DNA from: a virus
Length of the DNA stretch: 64,000 nucleotides
IMG/VR virus record: IMGVR_UViG_3300031369_000001
Coordinates: 1 to 64,000 of that record
Direction: 5' to 3' (one strand)
The notes beneath the pieces are model-generated. The model worked only from the letters and a program-made list of their open reading frames with translations. It was not told the DNA's origin and made no database searches. This document shows positions 1-10,494 of this stretch, piece after piece; the first letter of the stretch is position 1, and each line of letters starts with the position of its first letter. Both the position numbers and the translations under genes were made by a program.

Positions 1-49
1 TAATAATCAACCTCAATATCCTAATAATCAACCTCAATATCCTAATAAT
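1..49 (+). repeat. 21-bp tandem repeat (TAATAATCAACCTCAATATCC x2 plus partial) encoding NNQPQYP
   Basis: Read directly from the sequence. Confidence 0.9.
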
Positions 50-1291
50 GCATATCAGCCGCAACAAGGATTTCCACAACAAGGATATCCTATTCAATCA
101 CCATATCCTATGCAAGGACAAATGCCGTCACAAAATATGCCACAGCAATTTACTGGACAAATGCCTGTTTATAATATGCCTGATGCTAATCAAATGATGA
201 GTGCATATCAAGAGCATAAAATGTCTATGGGACGCGGTGGATCTCAATATACTTTTGTTAAATTTTTAGGCCCAAATAATGAGTCTAAATGGGAGAGTGT
301 AGCAGTTCCTATTGGCTACCAATCGGTTATAAGGGCTTTTATTTTACCACCATGGGCACCTGGAAAATATATATTTGCGATTGCTTTAAGCCATTTTTGG
401 AAATCAGTCAGTAAGCCTCAAGGTGCGTCATTAGGCTGTCCGGGAGCTGATAGTTGTAAAATATGCCAAGTAGCTAGATTAGCTATTGAAAGTTCTGACC
501 TTAGTACACAGAAAAGGGCGAAAGATTGGGGGAGTGTTAATACTAATTTTCTATATCAAGTAGCGTTATTAGATACACCACAAATTCATTTTAATAATGG
601 ACAAGCCCAACCGGCTGTTTTACGAGCAGGTGCTACGCTGCATAAAGCAATTGGTAATTTATTAGAGGAAAGATCTGTTAATATTTGCGATCCACAATTA
701 GGTAGACCTATTAGAATAAAGAAAACAAAAACTGGTCCAGGGAAGTTTGATGTAGAATATAGTTGTATTGATGAAGATCCACAGCCTTTACCACAGCAAT
801 TTTGGGGATTATTGTCTAATTTGATAGACCTTGAATCTGTATTTAAGCATCCAAGCGAAGAAGAGATGCAAAATGCAATCATAGATATGGGACTTGGTAA
901 CATCGGTGGATCTTCATCGATGCAATATCCCAATTCTGGAGTACGGCAGCCTTATTCAATGCAAAATACAATTCCTCCAATGGTGTCTAATCCTATTCCT
1001 CAACCTAATGCTCCTAATTTAGTACCACAACCCCAACAGAATATTAATCCTCCTCCTGTTTCAAGTGGGAATTATAATGGACCTCCGTACTATCCGCAGC
1101 CTTCCCAACAGAATACTTTACCACAGCAACCTATTACGCCTAATGTACCATTTAACCGTAGTCCAATTAAAAAGGAAGCTCAAAATGTAAATCCTTCCCA
1201 GCAGGCGAATACTCAAGCACCTTTAGGGCAACAACAGCCCATGACTTTACAACAACTTCAAGATTCTATTCGAGGAAATAATGGTAATTAG
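2..1291 (+). CDS. ssDNA-binding protein (gp32-like phage SSB) with Q/N/P-rich tails; 5' end probably outside the window
   Basis: Frame is open from base 2 (NNQPQYPNNQPQYP...) into the 110 ATG. Core has H..C-P...C-x2-C, DPxxGRxIxIxK and GxxxxxYxx signatures. Lies directly upstream of RecA. Confidence 0.75.
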   Translation, partial: NNQPQYPNNQPQYPNNAYQPQQGFPQQGYPIQSPYPMQGQMPSQNMPQQFTGQMPVYNMPDANQMMSAYQEHKMSMGRGGSQYTFVKFLGPNNESKWESVAVPIGYQSVIRAFILPPWAPGKYIFAIALSHFWKSVSKPQGASLGCPGADSCKICQVARLAIESSDLSTQKRAKDWGSVNTNFLYQVALLDTPQIHFNNGQAQPAVLRAGATLHKAIGNLLEERSVNICDPQLGRPIRIKKTKTGPGKFDVEYSCIDEDPQPLPQQFWGLLSNLIDLESVFKHPSEEEMQNAIIDMGLGNIGGSSSMQYPNSGVRQPYSMQNTIPPMVSNPIPQPNAPNLVPQPQQNINPPPVSSGNYNGPPYYPQPSQQNTLPQQPITPNVPFNRSPIKKEAQNVNPSQQANTQAPLGQQQPMTLQQLQDSIRGNNGN

Positions 1292-1293
1292 TA

Positions 1294-2379
1294 ATGAAGC
1301 GTATTTCTATTGGGAAAAAACCTAAACCTATTAAAAAAGACCCAATTGCCGAATACCAGACTTATATAAAGAAAAAAGGTAATGGGATTGTTGAGGTATT
1401 AGATTTTTCTAATGATGATTGCTTAGCTAACGTTAAGCAATACATATCTACACAAAGTATTGCTTTAGATTCGTTATTGAATGGTGTAGGTATTCCAACA
1501 GGTAGAGTGACAGAGATTTATGGGCCACAACATATCGGAAAATCTACTATTATAGATCACCTATTTGCTTCTGTTCAGTCCATAGGTGGAGTGCCTATTT
1601 TATTTGATTCAGAATCTGCAAGGGATTTTAGGTACACAAGTAAGATAGGGGTCGATATTAATAAATTGCAATGCGTAGAATTTAAAAGAGATGAATTACA
1701 TATAGAAAATGTAATGATTCAAATGTACAATACTGTGGAATGGTGGGCGATTAATGCTCCAGATGTTCCTGTAGTAATTGGATGGGATGCGCTAGGTGGG
1801 ACTGCAACTAGAGATGAAGTAAAAAAGCGATTAGAAGCTGAAGGCAAACCTGCGGGAGCCGCTAAAGTATTAAAAGAAGCTTGTCGTTTATTGCCTTCTA
1901 AATTAGGAAGAACTAATGTAGCTATTGTAATTGCTAATCATCAATATGAAGCATTTGGTAAGAACAAAGGCGGTTTTGGAAATGTAACAAAAAAAGAAAC
2001 TTATGGAGGTTCAGCGGTCAGACATTTAGCCACTATTAGGATTAATTTATTTAATCTGGGATATATTAATTATAAAGGGGAACATATTGGTAGACAAGTT
2101 GGTGCATTTTTAGATAAAAATAGATTAGGGAATCCGTATAAAAAAACTGATTTTGCGCTTATTTCTGGAATTGGTATAGATAATACTTGGTCTATTTATG
2201 AAACATTAAAAAATGCAAAAATTATCGTAGTGGATGGTAGTTGGGGCGCAATTAATATAGATGGGGAAGTAATAAAATTTCAAGGTTGGAATGGTTTGGC
2301 AGATAAATGTAGAGAAAATCCTTTATTGTTTAATAAGTTGCTATCGGTTTATTACACAGTAATGTCTAACAATAAATAA
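1294..2379 (+). CDS. recA: RecA/UvsX-like recombinase
   Basis: STxSxxLDxLL..GIPxGRxTEIYG, Walker A GPQHIGKST, DSE, GGxAxxHxAxIRI, KNR, KFQG motifs. Confidence 0.92.
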   Translation: MKRISIGKKPKPIKKDPIAEYQTYIKKKGNGIVEVLDFSNDDCLANVKQYISTQSIALDSLLNGVGIPTGRVTEIYGPQHIGKSTIIDHLFASVQSIGGVPILFDSESARDFRYTSKIGVDINKLQCVEFKRDELHIENVMIQMYNTVEWWAINAPDVPVVIGWDALGGTATRDEVKKRLEAEGKPAGAAKVLKEACRLLPSKLGRTNVAIVIANHQYEAFGKNKGGFGNVTKKETYGGSAVRHLATIRINLFNLGYINYKGEHIGRQVGAFLDKNRLGNPYKKTDFALISGIGIDNTWSIYETLKNAKIIVVDGSWGAINIDGEVIKFQGWNGLADKCRENPLLFNKLLSVYYTVMSNNK

Positions 2380-2390
2380 GGAGTATTTTT

Positions 2391-2627
2391 ATGGATGATC
2401 TATATCATAAAAATTTATATGAATTGGTTTTATTGTTTTTAAAAGAAAATAATTTAGATGGGTTAAGTAATGTAGTAGAACCTTGTGAAATGGATTGTTG
2501 TTGTGACTTAGATAATTTAGGATGTTGGTGTGATAGATGTACAATGATGCATTGTTTCCCTGGTAAAAAGCATGTAGTGGAGAAGGATAGTTGGATAATA
2601 TTTCCGTGTAAATTTAGAAAAGAGTAA
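2391..2627 (+). CDS. Cys-rich hypothetical protein
   Basis: AGGAG RBS; fills gap in operon. Confidence 0.6.
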   Translation: MDDLYHKNLYELVLLFLKENNLDGLSNVVEPCEMDCCCDLDNLGCWCDRCTMMHCFPGKKHVVEKDSWIIFPCKFRKE

Positions 2628-2632
2628 GCAAT

Positions 2633-2848
2633 ATGCCTATTTATGAATTTAAATGTAATAAATGTAGTAATATTGTTGAACAATTATTCGATACTTTTGA
2701 AGAGGCTTATAATTTTGATGGTTCTATTTGTGAATGTGGTGGGCAATTAATTCGTATGTATAGTTCTCCTTTTTTAGGAAAGCCTAAGCATCAAACTTAT
2801 TTAGTTGCGGATGATGGTTCTATTATAAAAGGAAAATTTGAAAAATGA
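2633..2848 (+). CDS. FmdB-family zinc-ribbon protein
   Basis: MPIYEFKCxxC...CECGG..RxxS pattern. Confidence 0.8.
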   Translation: MPIYEFKCNKCSNIVEQLFDTFEEAYNFDGSICECGGQLIRMYSSPFLGKPKHQTYLVADDGSIIKGKFEK

Positions 2849-3816
2849 TTATTTTTTCTGATTTACATCTACATGAACGTACTTCGGAAATAGTATTTAA
2901 TGAAGTACTTCCTGGTTTAAAGAATGCAGTAGTTCAACAAGCGGATAAATTACTTGTTTGTTTAGGCGATTTTTATCATTTAAGGTATAAAGTAGATGTA
3001 GAGATACAGAATAAGGTATTTGATTATTTTCATGATTTAAATGATTGTGGAATTGAAGTTATTTTATTAGTCGGTAATCATGATCAAATAAATGAAAAAG
3101 GAGATAATGCGTTAAAACCTTTTTCAGAATTAAATAATGTGGAAGTGATTGAACAGCCTTGTGTTTACAAAAATTTTATTTGGTTACCATATAGAAAAAA
3201 TAAACAAATATTATTAGACTACTTAAGTAAAATTCCTTCTGGAATTGTTTTCATGCATCAAGGTATTCAGGGGTTTGAGATTTATAATAACGTATTAGAT
3301 AATGATGGTGTGTCTATTAATGAATTATCTAGCTATTTTATGGTTATTTCTGGGCATTATCATAAAAGGCAGAATATACGTAATATATTTTATGTAGGGT
3401 CTCCTTATCAAATTGATGCAAGTGAAGCAAATCAAGAAAAAGGTTATATGGTTTTTACTAAAAATATTCAAGAACATTTTGTTCCTATTTATAAGACTGT
3501 GAATTGGGGGACTAAACATTATGTATTTGATGTAGTACCACAAGGTACTTGTATTAACGGTGTTGAAAAAGGAGACATCGTTAAATTGAAAGCTCCTCAA
3601 GGAGTGGATTTAGAAAAATTTAGGAAAAGTATTGTTGTTCCTGAAGGAGTTAGATGCATTGTAGAATCTTCAAATGATAGTTCGGTAAACAATAGATTGA
3701 ACGTATGTAGTAATGATTCAATGGACTATGTAAGATCTTATATTGATAATTTTGCAGGTGAAATCGATAAAGAATTACTATTACAAGTATTTAATCAATT
3801 AGTGAATGAACTATGA
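2845..3816 (+). CDS. sbcD: SbcD/Mre11/gp47-like metallophosphoesterase nuclease
   Basis: SDLH, LGD, GNHD, MHQ, SGHYH, YVGSP motifs; translationally coupled to an SbcC-like gene. Confidence 0.9.
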   Translation: MIIFSDLHLHERTSEIVFNEVLPGLKNAVVQQADKLLVCLGDFYHLRYKVDVEIQNKVFDYFHDLNDCGIEVILLVGNHDQINEKGDNALKPFSELNNVEVIEQPCVYKNFIWLPYRKNKQILLDYLSKIPSGIVFMHQGIQGFEIYNNVLDNDGVSINELSSYFMVISGHYHKRQNIRNIFYVGSPYQIDASEANQEKGYMVFTKNIQEHFVPIYKTVNWGTKHYVFDVVPQGTCINGVEKGDIVKLKAPQGVDLEKFRKSIVVPEGVRCIVESSNDSSVNNRLNVCSNDSMDYVRSYIDNFAGEIDKELLLQVFNQLVNEL

Positions 3817-5819
3817 AAATACTTAATATTAAATTGTGTAATTATGGCTCTTATGCAGGAGAACATTTTATTTCGTTGATTGATAGAGGATTAGTGTTAA
3901 TTCAAGGAATAAATAAAGACGAGCCTAAAATGGATTCTAACGGGGCAGGTAAATCTTGTATTCCTGATAGTTTAGACTGGTGTATTAATGGAAAAATACC
4001 TCGAGGAGATCATATAGACAGTATTATCAATGATGATTGTAAGAATTGTTATGTTGAGGTTCAGATAGAATCAGATAATGGAGATATGATCCTAATTCGA
4101 AGGGAGAGATCTAGAAAAGGAAACACTGTTTTGCAATTATTAGTCAATGATGACAATCAATTGACTAAGTTAGATATAAAAGAAACACAGAAAGCTATTT
4201 ATAATCTATTAGGCATTGATGGAGAAATTTTCCATTCTACTATTTTATTTGCTCAAACAAATTTAGTGCATTATGCAGATAGTACTGACACTAAGCGAAT
4301 GGAAATATTAACTAAATTATCACAACTTGAATTCATAGATAATCTTTTAGAAAAAGTTAAGTGTAAGCAAAATGAATTACTGTTATCAGAACAGCGTATA
4401 CTAGGAAATAAACAAACCATTGATCAAATTATTTCAAGTTTACAAGGTAAAAATTATACCGTTAATATACAAGATTGGGAAATTAGCAAAAGTAAGTCTA
4501 TTGAATCTTTACGCATTAAGGAAAATGAATTACAAATTAAAAATGATGCAATTCAAATATTGGATAAGGTTGGACATGAAACCAGAATACAAGAGTTACA
4601 GATCCAAGTAGCCAATTTAAGTAAACCAGATGAATCTGTATATAAATCTTATTTGGCACAGCAGTTAGATATTAATAAACAGCTAGCTGTTGTAGATAAA
4701 GAATTGTCTGATATTATTAATAAACAACAGTATTTGAATTATACTATGAATAATGGTAATTATTATTGCGATAGTTGCGGGCAGTTAGTTACTATAGAGC
4801 ATTTACAAAAGGAATATAGTAAATTAGAGAATTTATTTTCTGTAAAAACGTCAGAATTTCATAATATAAAAAATACATTGGATACAATTGATGGATCTAT
4901 TCGAATAGAATTACGTAAAATAGAGAGAGAAAAAGCTTTGTTTTTAGATAATTCTGTTAAGTTAAAAGCAGAAATACAAGAACAATTAAATGCTATATCG
5001 GATATAGACAAAAATAATAAATTAAAAAATTCTATTCAGGATGATATTATTTTTATTCAAAATCGTATTAAAGAAGAATCTAATAAGATAAATCCGTGGA
5101 TATCTATACAGCAAGAAGATAACCTTAAATTGGATAGATGTAATAACGATTTATTACAAATAAACCAACAATTAGATAGTATTACAACTTTAAAAGAGTG
5201 CTATGTTTTTTGGGTTAAAGCATTAGGGGCTAAAGGATTAAAATCGTACATACTTGATACAAAATTAAGTGAACTTAATGCCTCCATTAATTATTGGGTA
5301 AAGCTTCTTACGGATGGTACTATTTGGGTAGAACTGGGTTCTTACAAAAAGGGTAGAGGTAAGAAGATAATAAATAGTCCCGAGGTTAATATTTGTAGAT
5401 GGGCACCTAACGGTTCCATAATTTCTAGAAATTATAGAAGTTGGAGTGGAGGGGAGAAACAGCGTATTTCAATAGCTATTGATTTAGGACTTTCGTCTAT
5501 AATCTCTAGACGTTCTACCAAGCAGTACAACTTACTTATTTTAGATGAAATATTTAGACATTTAGATAGTGGTGGCAAGTATGCAGTAATGGACATGCTT
5601 CAGTTGTTAGCTAAGGATAAGGATTCTGTATTTGTGATAGATCACGATCCAGATTTTCAATCCTTGTTTGAAAATAGAATTACTGTTATAAAAGAAAATG
5701 GACAAAGTAATCTTGTGGAGGATACTTTTAATGAAGACAAAAGATATAAAGAAGAAACAAACAGTTCTATACCAAATAGAGCCTATTTCAAGCGAAGAGC
5801 AATTAGAAATTCCGTTTGA
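3813..5819 (+). CDS. sbcC: SbcC/Rad50/gp46-like ABC-type ATPase
   Basis: Walker A SNGAGKS, coiled coil with CDSCGQ zinc hook, signature SGGEKQR, Walker B LILDE, D-loop HLD, H-switch IDH. Confidence 0.92.
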   Translation: MKILNIKLCNYGSYAGEHFISLIDRGLVLIQGINKDEPKMDSNGAGKSCIPDSLDWCINGKIPRGDHIDSIINDDCKNCYVEVQIESDNGDMILIRRERSRKGNTVLQLLVNDDNQLTKLDIKETQKAIYNLLGIDGEIFHSTILFAQTNLVHYADSTDTKRMEILTKLSQLEFIDNLLEKVKCKQNELLLSEQRILGNKQTIDQIISSLQGKNYTVNIQDWEISKSKSIESLRIKENELQIKNDAIQILDKVGHETRIQELQIQVANLSKPDESVYKSYLAQQLDINKQLAVVDKELSDIINKQQYLNYTMNNGNYYCDSCGQLVTIEHLQKEYSKLENLFSVKTSEFHNIKNTLDTIDGSIRIELRKIEREKALFLDNSVKLKAEIQEQLNAISDIDKNNKLKNSIQDDIIFIQNRIKEESNKINPWISIQQEDNLKLDRCNNDLLQINQQLDSITTLKECYVFWVKALGAKGLKSYILDTKLSELNASINYWVKLLTDGTIWVELGSYKKGRGKKIINSPEVNICRWAPNGSIISRNYRSWSGGEKQRISIAIDLGLSSIISRRSTKQYNLLILDEIFRHLDSGGKYAVMDMLQLLAKDKDSVFVIDHDPDFQSLFENRITVIKENGQSNLVEDTFNEDKRYKEETNSSIPNRAYFKRRAIRNSV

Positions 5820-6039
5820 TGAAAATATAAAGCATCAAATAGTTAAACAAGAATTAGATAATGTTATTGTTGTTAGTGTTCTTTCTAGTATGACGCACAA
5901 TAGCGTACAACAATTAATGGAAAAATTTCCCATAGAATGGAAAGATAGGCCGGTTATGATTATAACTGATAATATAAAGTTTTTTAGATGCAAAAGAATC
6001 CGTACAAAAGATTATGTAAAGTTATATAAAAATGATTAG
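5731..6039 (+). CDS. hypothetical protein
   Basis: GGAGGA RBS before ATG 5731; overlaps the sbcC 3' end. Confidence 0.6.
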   Translation: MKTKDIKKKQTVLYQIEPISSEEQLEIPFDENIKHQIVKQELDNVIVVSVLSSMTHNSVQQLMEKFPIEWKDRPVMIITDNIKFFRCKRIRTKDYVKLYKND

Positions 6040-6679
6040 GACACCCATTAGATACGGTATGAATTATTCTTTAGTAGTGCTTGGCGTTGATCCAGGTATT
6101 AGAACTACTGGATTATCTATAGTGGGCTTAGATAATGTTGGTCAATATTATTGTTTAGGTAGCCAATATATTGAGACTAAAAAGCAAGATAAAAAATCCA
6201 TTAACCAATTAAGAACTAATATAGATGATTTTAGAAGATATAGGGAGGTGTATGAAGAATTAGAACATTTATACCTTTCCCACAATGCCAAATTAAACCA
6301 GGTTATTTCAGCGGTTGCGATCGAATCTTATACTGTTATGCGTTATAAAAATCAAAAAAGTGAAATTATTATTGGAAATAATGCTTGGAAATCTGCTGTA
6401 GTTTATGGTGGTGTTTTATTTTGGGCGCTTTCTCGTCAATTATATGTTGCTCCCTTTTTTCCAAATGACATTAAAAAACGATTTGGTAAAAAAGATAAAA
6501 GTAAAGAAGGTATTCAATTAGCAGTTGAGAGTGAGGTGTTGAGTGCTTATGAAGAAATTCATAAGTATTCTAAAACAAAACGTGAGCATGTATCAGATGC
6601 TACCGCGCATGCGGTTTTATTAATAGAAGAAATAAGAAAGAATAAAATATTTATAGGAGGATTTAATGAAACTATATAA
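6032..6679 (+). CDS. ruvC: RuvC-like Holliday junction resolvase
   Basis: VLGVDPG..TG, VAIE, P..IKK, H.SDA.A.A motifs. Confidence 0.88.
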   Translation: MIRTPIRYGMNYSLVVLGVDPGIRTTGLSIVGLDNVGQYYCLGSQYIETKKQDKKSINQLRTNIDDFRRYREVYEELEHLYLSHNAKLNQVISAVAIESYTVMRYKNQKSEIIIGNNAWKSAVVYGGVLFWALSRQLYVAPFFPNDIKKRFGKKDKSKEGIQLAVESEVLSAYEEIHKYSKTKREHVSDATAHAVLLIEEIRKNKIFIGGFNETI

Positions 6680-7286
6680 CGAATTTAAAAGTTTGTTAGT
6701 TATATTAGTTGGTTGTTTCATAGTGTTGTTTCTTATGCTTTGTTTTCTTAGTCTAGCAAAGTCTGAAGAATTAACTAATGATTGTGTTTCTATTGTTTTA
6801 AATGATTGGATTTTACATAAAACAGAGGATACTCCTAATAGTAAATTTAGAAAGAGTTCAATTATTCGTAATCAATTAGTACAAGATCTCATAAATGGAT
6901 CTATGATATATGATAAAAGACCTTTTATGCCTTTTTTAGCTGTATTTTTTGCTTATAAAGAATCTTCATTTAATGAATTTGCTAGAGGGGATATTTCTAA
7001 TGGTAGAGCAAAGGCACATGGAATAATGCAATTCCACAGCACCATCAGAATGGTTTGTCGTAGACAATTACAACTTAATTTGAATGAACGATATGATCAA
7101 ATAGTTTGTTTTTCTTATTGGGTAAATTATTTATCTAAAAAATGTGGTGGATTAGAGGGAGCTATTCGAGCATATACCTCTAAAGGAGGTAGTTGTAGCG
7201 GAACGCCTAAAGGTCGTAGATTAGCAAAACATCGCATTAAACAAGTGAGGAAATTAGCAAATCAATGCCATATAGAGGTTAAATGA
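6666..7286 (+). CDS. lytic transglycosylase (SLT/lysozyme-like) with N-terminal membrane anchor
   Basis: N-terminal hydrophobic helix; catalytic KESSF, GIMQ and AIRAY motifs. Confidence 0.75.
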   Translation: MKLYNEFKSLLVILVGCFIVLFLMLCFLSLAKSEELTNDCVSIVLNDWILHKTEDTPNSKFRKSSIIRNQLVQDLINGSMIYDKRPFMPFLAVFFAYKESSFNEFARGDISNGRAKAHGIMQFHSTIRMVCRRQLQLNLNERYDQIVCFSYWVNYLSKKCGGLEGAIRAYTSKGGSCSGTPKGRRLAKHRIKQVRKLANQCHIEVK

Positions 7287-7561
7287 CTACTATCTTTCTA
7301 TATAATAGAGAGCGAATTGTAATGGAAGGATTACAATTAGCTAAATTACGAATTTCTAAAAAGTTGGGTTTATCTGAGAATATTGTAGAAGGGGATTTTA
7401 AGATTGCTAACGGAGAATTAGTTCCTAATTTTACTATAGATAAGCAGAAAGTTCCTTTGTCTAAATTGGATGATTTAGAAATGATTGTGAAAGATACATG
7501 GAGCCAAACTCTAGTAGATATCAAAGACAGGTTAGATAGTTTTGAAAAGGGTTCCCATTAA
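7283..7561 (+). CDS. hypothetical protein
   Basis: ATGA coupling; GAGG RBS. Confidence 0.55.
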   Translation: MTTIFLYNRERIVMEGLQLAKLRISKKLGLSENIVEGDFKIANGELVPNFTIDKQKVPLSKLDDLEMIVKDTWSQTLVDIKDRLDSFEKGSH

Positions 7562-8216
7562 AGACACAAGAATTTCTTTTGACGATCCAGGTGTAAATGT
7601 AAAAGTTTTACCTGGTTCTAAAGTTTCTTCTATTGAATTTGGATCTCCAATAGAAGAATTAAACAATAAAAGTTTGAGAAGTCTTGCAAAGATAAAATAT
7701 GTAACTTCGCAAACCGGTATTTCTTTGAATGATTTATCTAAAGTTTATCCATTTGATAAGGTAGCATTTTCTACATTGACTAAATGGAGTAAGGCGGATA
7801 ATTGGGTAGAAGACCGTGAAAATTATAGGATTGCATTAGAGACAAAAATATTAGAGAAGCTTGGGCAGGCACATGTCCAGGCTATTACTAATCAATTAAA
7901 AGATGCTGACACTATATCGGAAAAAGTGTTTTCAATGCTTGAAAACATGGGCATAGCTACTGTTAATTCTTATGAAGGTTTATTAAATGCTTTAATGCGA
8001 TTAGAAAAATTTAGATTTGATGCTAGGAAAGAAATTGCTGACATAACTAGAGGGGTATTAACTGATAAAGAATCTGAAAAGGTTGACAGTAGGCAGGGTG
8101 TGTCCGTTCCTAAAATAACTCATTCTAAGGAAGCTTTAAGACAAGCAGCTTTTGCTATTATAAAGGCAAATAGAGAACTGAATAAAAAGAAAAATGAAAA
8201 AGAGACATTGGACTAA
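7542..8216 (+). CDS. putative terminase small subunit (HTH plus coiled coil)
   Basis: HTH-like SLNDLSK...FSTLTKWSKADNW followed by a helical oligomerisation region; upstream of TerL; TTG start. Confidence 0.5.
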   Translation: MKRVPIKDTRISFDDPGVNVKVLPGSKVSSIEFGSPIEELNNKSLRSLAKIKYVTSQTGISLNDLSKVYPFDKVAFSTLTKWSKADNWVEDRENYRIALETKILEKLGQAHVQAITNQLKDADTISEKVFSMLENMGIATVNSYEGLLNALMRLEKFRFDARKEIADITRGVLTDKESEKVDSRQGVSVPKITHSKEALRQAAFAIIKANRELNKKKNEKETLD

Positions 8217-8859
8217 AAAAGAAGAGTTAAATTTACTTCAAGGTATTGGGGCAAATAGTATTAAATGGCTTTGTAGGAAAAGTGGTAATAGGAGTATATC
8301 TTCTTTATATCATAAATTATCGAGAATTGGTTATAATGGGGGATTTACTAGGGGTTCTTATACTTTACGGCAATTGATAGAATTAACTGGATATAGTGAA
8401 TCGCAGTTAAGAAGGGCTGCTAAGGCTCTTCTTCAAAAATGGCGTAGAACTTCTACTAAAGGAAGTTTTGTAATTACTGAAGATCAAATGGACGAATTAT
8501 GTACTTGGCTTGGTAAAGATTTTTGGAGTAAACGGCATAAATTATATAGATGTATGTGGTGTAATACGCAAAAAAATAATCATTATGGTTTGGGTTTATG
8601 TTTGGATTGCTATAATGAATATCATAGATTATTATATATGTTAGGTTTACGTAAATATAATTTTGAGCATCTTAGATACTGTATAGTTTCTTTATATTTT
8701 CCTTTACAAGATATGGATATTGTTACTGGATTTCTAGATAAAGGTAGGGCTATACCAAAAGAACTATTATTGAAGTGTATCGGTTTAAAACAATTGAGGG
8801 AACATCATGGAATTGAAGCCTGCTTTGAAAGGCATGCTATCGCTTTTAACGAAGGATAG
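8194..8859 (+). CDS. HTH/zinc-finger hypothetical DNA-binding protein
   Basis: WTKKEE..L start, YTLRQLIELTGYS HTH, C-x2-C..H..GLC-x2-C. Confidence 0.6.
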   Translation: MKKRHWTKKEELNLLQGIGANSIKWLCRKSGNRSISSLYHKLSRIGYNGGFTRGSYTLRQLIELTGYSESQLRRAAKALLQKWRRTSTKGSFVITEDQMDELCTWLGKDFWSKRHKLYRCMWCNTQKNNHYGLGLCLDCYNEYHRLLYMLGLRKYNFEHLRYCIVSLYFPLQDMDIVTGFLDKGRAIPKELLLKCIGLKQLREHHGIEACFERHAIAFNEG

Positions 8860-9823
8860 TAGTAAATCTGTCTTTAATAAAATTAGGTTTGTAGTGAATC
8901 CATCTGGAGTATTTGTCACTGATGGAATATGTTCTTCTTTTGCTTATATAGACTCTCCTTTATTAGATTGTTTAGTGGATGCTTCAATAGTGTCTGAAGC
9001 AGTAAAGGACAAAGGTGATTTAGAATTTAGTACAACATTTGACGGAACTAATCGTGTATGTCTTATGGGTAAATCCAATTATTACTATTTAGATTGTCTA
9101 CCAGACGTATATCCATTGCCTATTTATCCTAAAAGTGATTATCAATTTATTAGTATGGATATATGTAAATTGAATAGTGTTATTTTTGGCGCTTCTAAAT
9201 CTTCTAAGGCAAATGGATTTCCTTATTTACATTTTACTAAAGACTATATTGAAGCAACCGATGGAAATAGATTAGTTAGATTAGAGGAAATGAGTTTTCC
9301 TTATGAAGACATAATTATTCCCATTGAATTGTTTAATAAATGGCCTAAAAAAGTGAAATGTGGTGCAGTGTATAAAGATGATTACTTTTTGTATTTTATG
9401 TTGGATAGTATTATTCGTATAGTTGCTTTAGGGGATAGAAAATATCCTAATACAGAGATAGCTACAAAGTATAAATATGAGCACCATACTATTGTAAATA
9501 GAAAACAATTATTAGATGTAGTTAAACAAGCTTCTAATGTTTCAGATATAAATGGTATTTCTTTTAATATTATTGATAGAAAAATAGAAATAAAAGCTTT
9601 AGGAATTGATACTGTTTCAGATTCTTACATTGGTAATGTAGGTATTATTGATGGATCTACTGATATCTCATTTAATGTAGGAATTAATGGTGTAATGATA
9701 TACCAATGTCTATCGCATATTAAATCTGATGTAGTTGAATTAATATATAATAAATATCCATCTCCTTTAGTAATTAAAGGCGATAATATTACTATGTATA
9801 TTTGGCCGTTAATTAATGAATAA
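8807..9823 (+). CDS. dnaN: DNA polymerase III beta sliding-clamp-like protein
   Basis: 338 aa; ATDGNRL, YP motifs, VNRKQLL, IGxN..I..L..I..D.V...P-hydrophobic..P C-terminus typical of DnaN. Confidence 0.8.
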   Translation: MELKPALKGMLSLLTKDSSKSVFNKIRFVVNPSGVFVTDGICSSFAYIDSPLLDCLVDASIVSEAVKDKGDLEFSTTFDGTNRVCLMGKSNYYYLDCLPDVYPLPIYPKSDYQFISMDICKLNSVIFGASKSSKANGFPYLHFTKDYIEATDGNRLVRLEEMSFPYEDIIIPIELFNKWPKKVKCGAVYKDDYFLYFMLDSIIRIVALGDRKYPNTEIATKYKYEHHTIVNRKQLLDVVKQASNVSDINGISFNIIDRKIEIKALGIDTVSDSYIGNVGIIDGSTDISFNVGINGVMIYQCLSHIKSDVVELIYNKYPSPLVIKGDNITMYIWPLINE

Positions 9824-9990
9824 TGGACAAGAAACCTAAAAAGGATTGTTATTTTGATGAAAAACGTGGTATAGTAATTCACGTATATGAAATACATGCA
9901 TGGAAATGTAATTGTGGGAAAAAGACAAATAGGGTTCCAATAAAAGATGATTTTTCAGTTTTTTTATTTGGAAAGGGTTTAGGTAAATAG
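9823..9990 (+). CDS. small hypothetical protein (55 aa, below ORF-track cutoff)
   Basis: Exactly fills the gap with TAATG coupling; contains NRVPIK. Confidence 0.5.
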   Translation: MDKKPKKDCYFDEKRGIVIHVYEIHAWKCNCGKKTNRVPIKDDFSVFLFGKGLGK

Positions 9991-10191
9991 ATGGAAGAAT
10001 CAGCTGTTTCAATGAGTAAATGTACTTTGCTTAAAAAATCAGGTAAAGCGGTTTACGTAGATACCCCTGATTTTGGTTACAAATGGGTTCCCTATAAGGT
10101 TATCCATGATGATTCTGATTTACATGAAAAATGTACGTTAGGATTTGAAGGTGAGTTAAAAATAAAAGAATCATGGCTTTCAAAACTATAA
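9991..10191 (+). CDS. hypothetical protein (SH3-like, KAV...WVP)
   Basis: Operon position; common small phage pattern KAV..WxP. Confidence 0.6.
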   Translation: MEESAVSMSKCTLLKKSGKAVYVDTPDFGYKWVPYKVIHDDSDLHEKCTLGFEGELKIKESWLSKL

Positions 10192-10203
10192 GGAGGTAAG
10201 CCA

Positions 10204-10491
10204 ATGAAACGAACTATAATTATTTGTTTATGTTTAATTGTAATTTGTATAGTGTATGCTTGTGCATTCTTTCAAGGCATTGATCGTGAAAAAGTGAATC
10301 AATGCGCCGAAGATTGTACTCTATCCTACGTAAAAAATATTGATGCGTTAAACGATGTAATGGATAAAAAATTGTTGACAGAAGCAGGATTACGTTTTTC
10401 TAATTGTATGATTCAGTGTACTGATGCAACGGATTATGTTTTCGAGTATATTAGTAACGCTGTTAATAATAGAAACGTACAATTGAAATAA
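10204..10491 (+). CDS. putative lipoprotein
   Basis: AAGGAGG RBS; basic N-terminus, hydrophobic stretch and lipobox-like VYAC. Confidence 0.6.
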   Translation: MKRTIIICLCLIVICIVYACAFFQGIDREKVNQCAEDCTLSYVKNIDALNDVMDKKLLTEAGLRFSNCMIQCTDATDYVFEYISNAVNNRNVQLK

Positions 10492-10494
10492 ATT

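Noticed and set aside
10204-10230. MKRTIII as an instance of the R-x-[PA]-I motif
   Set aside because: Better explained as the basic n-region of a lipoprotein signal peptide.
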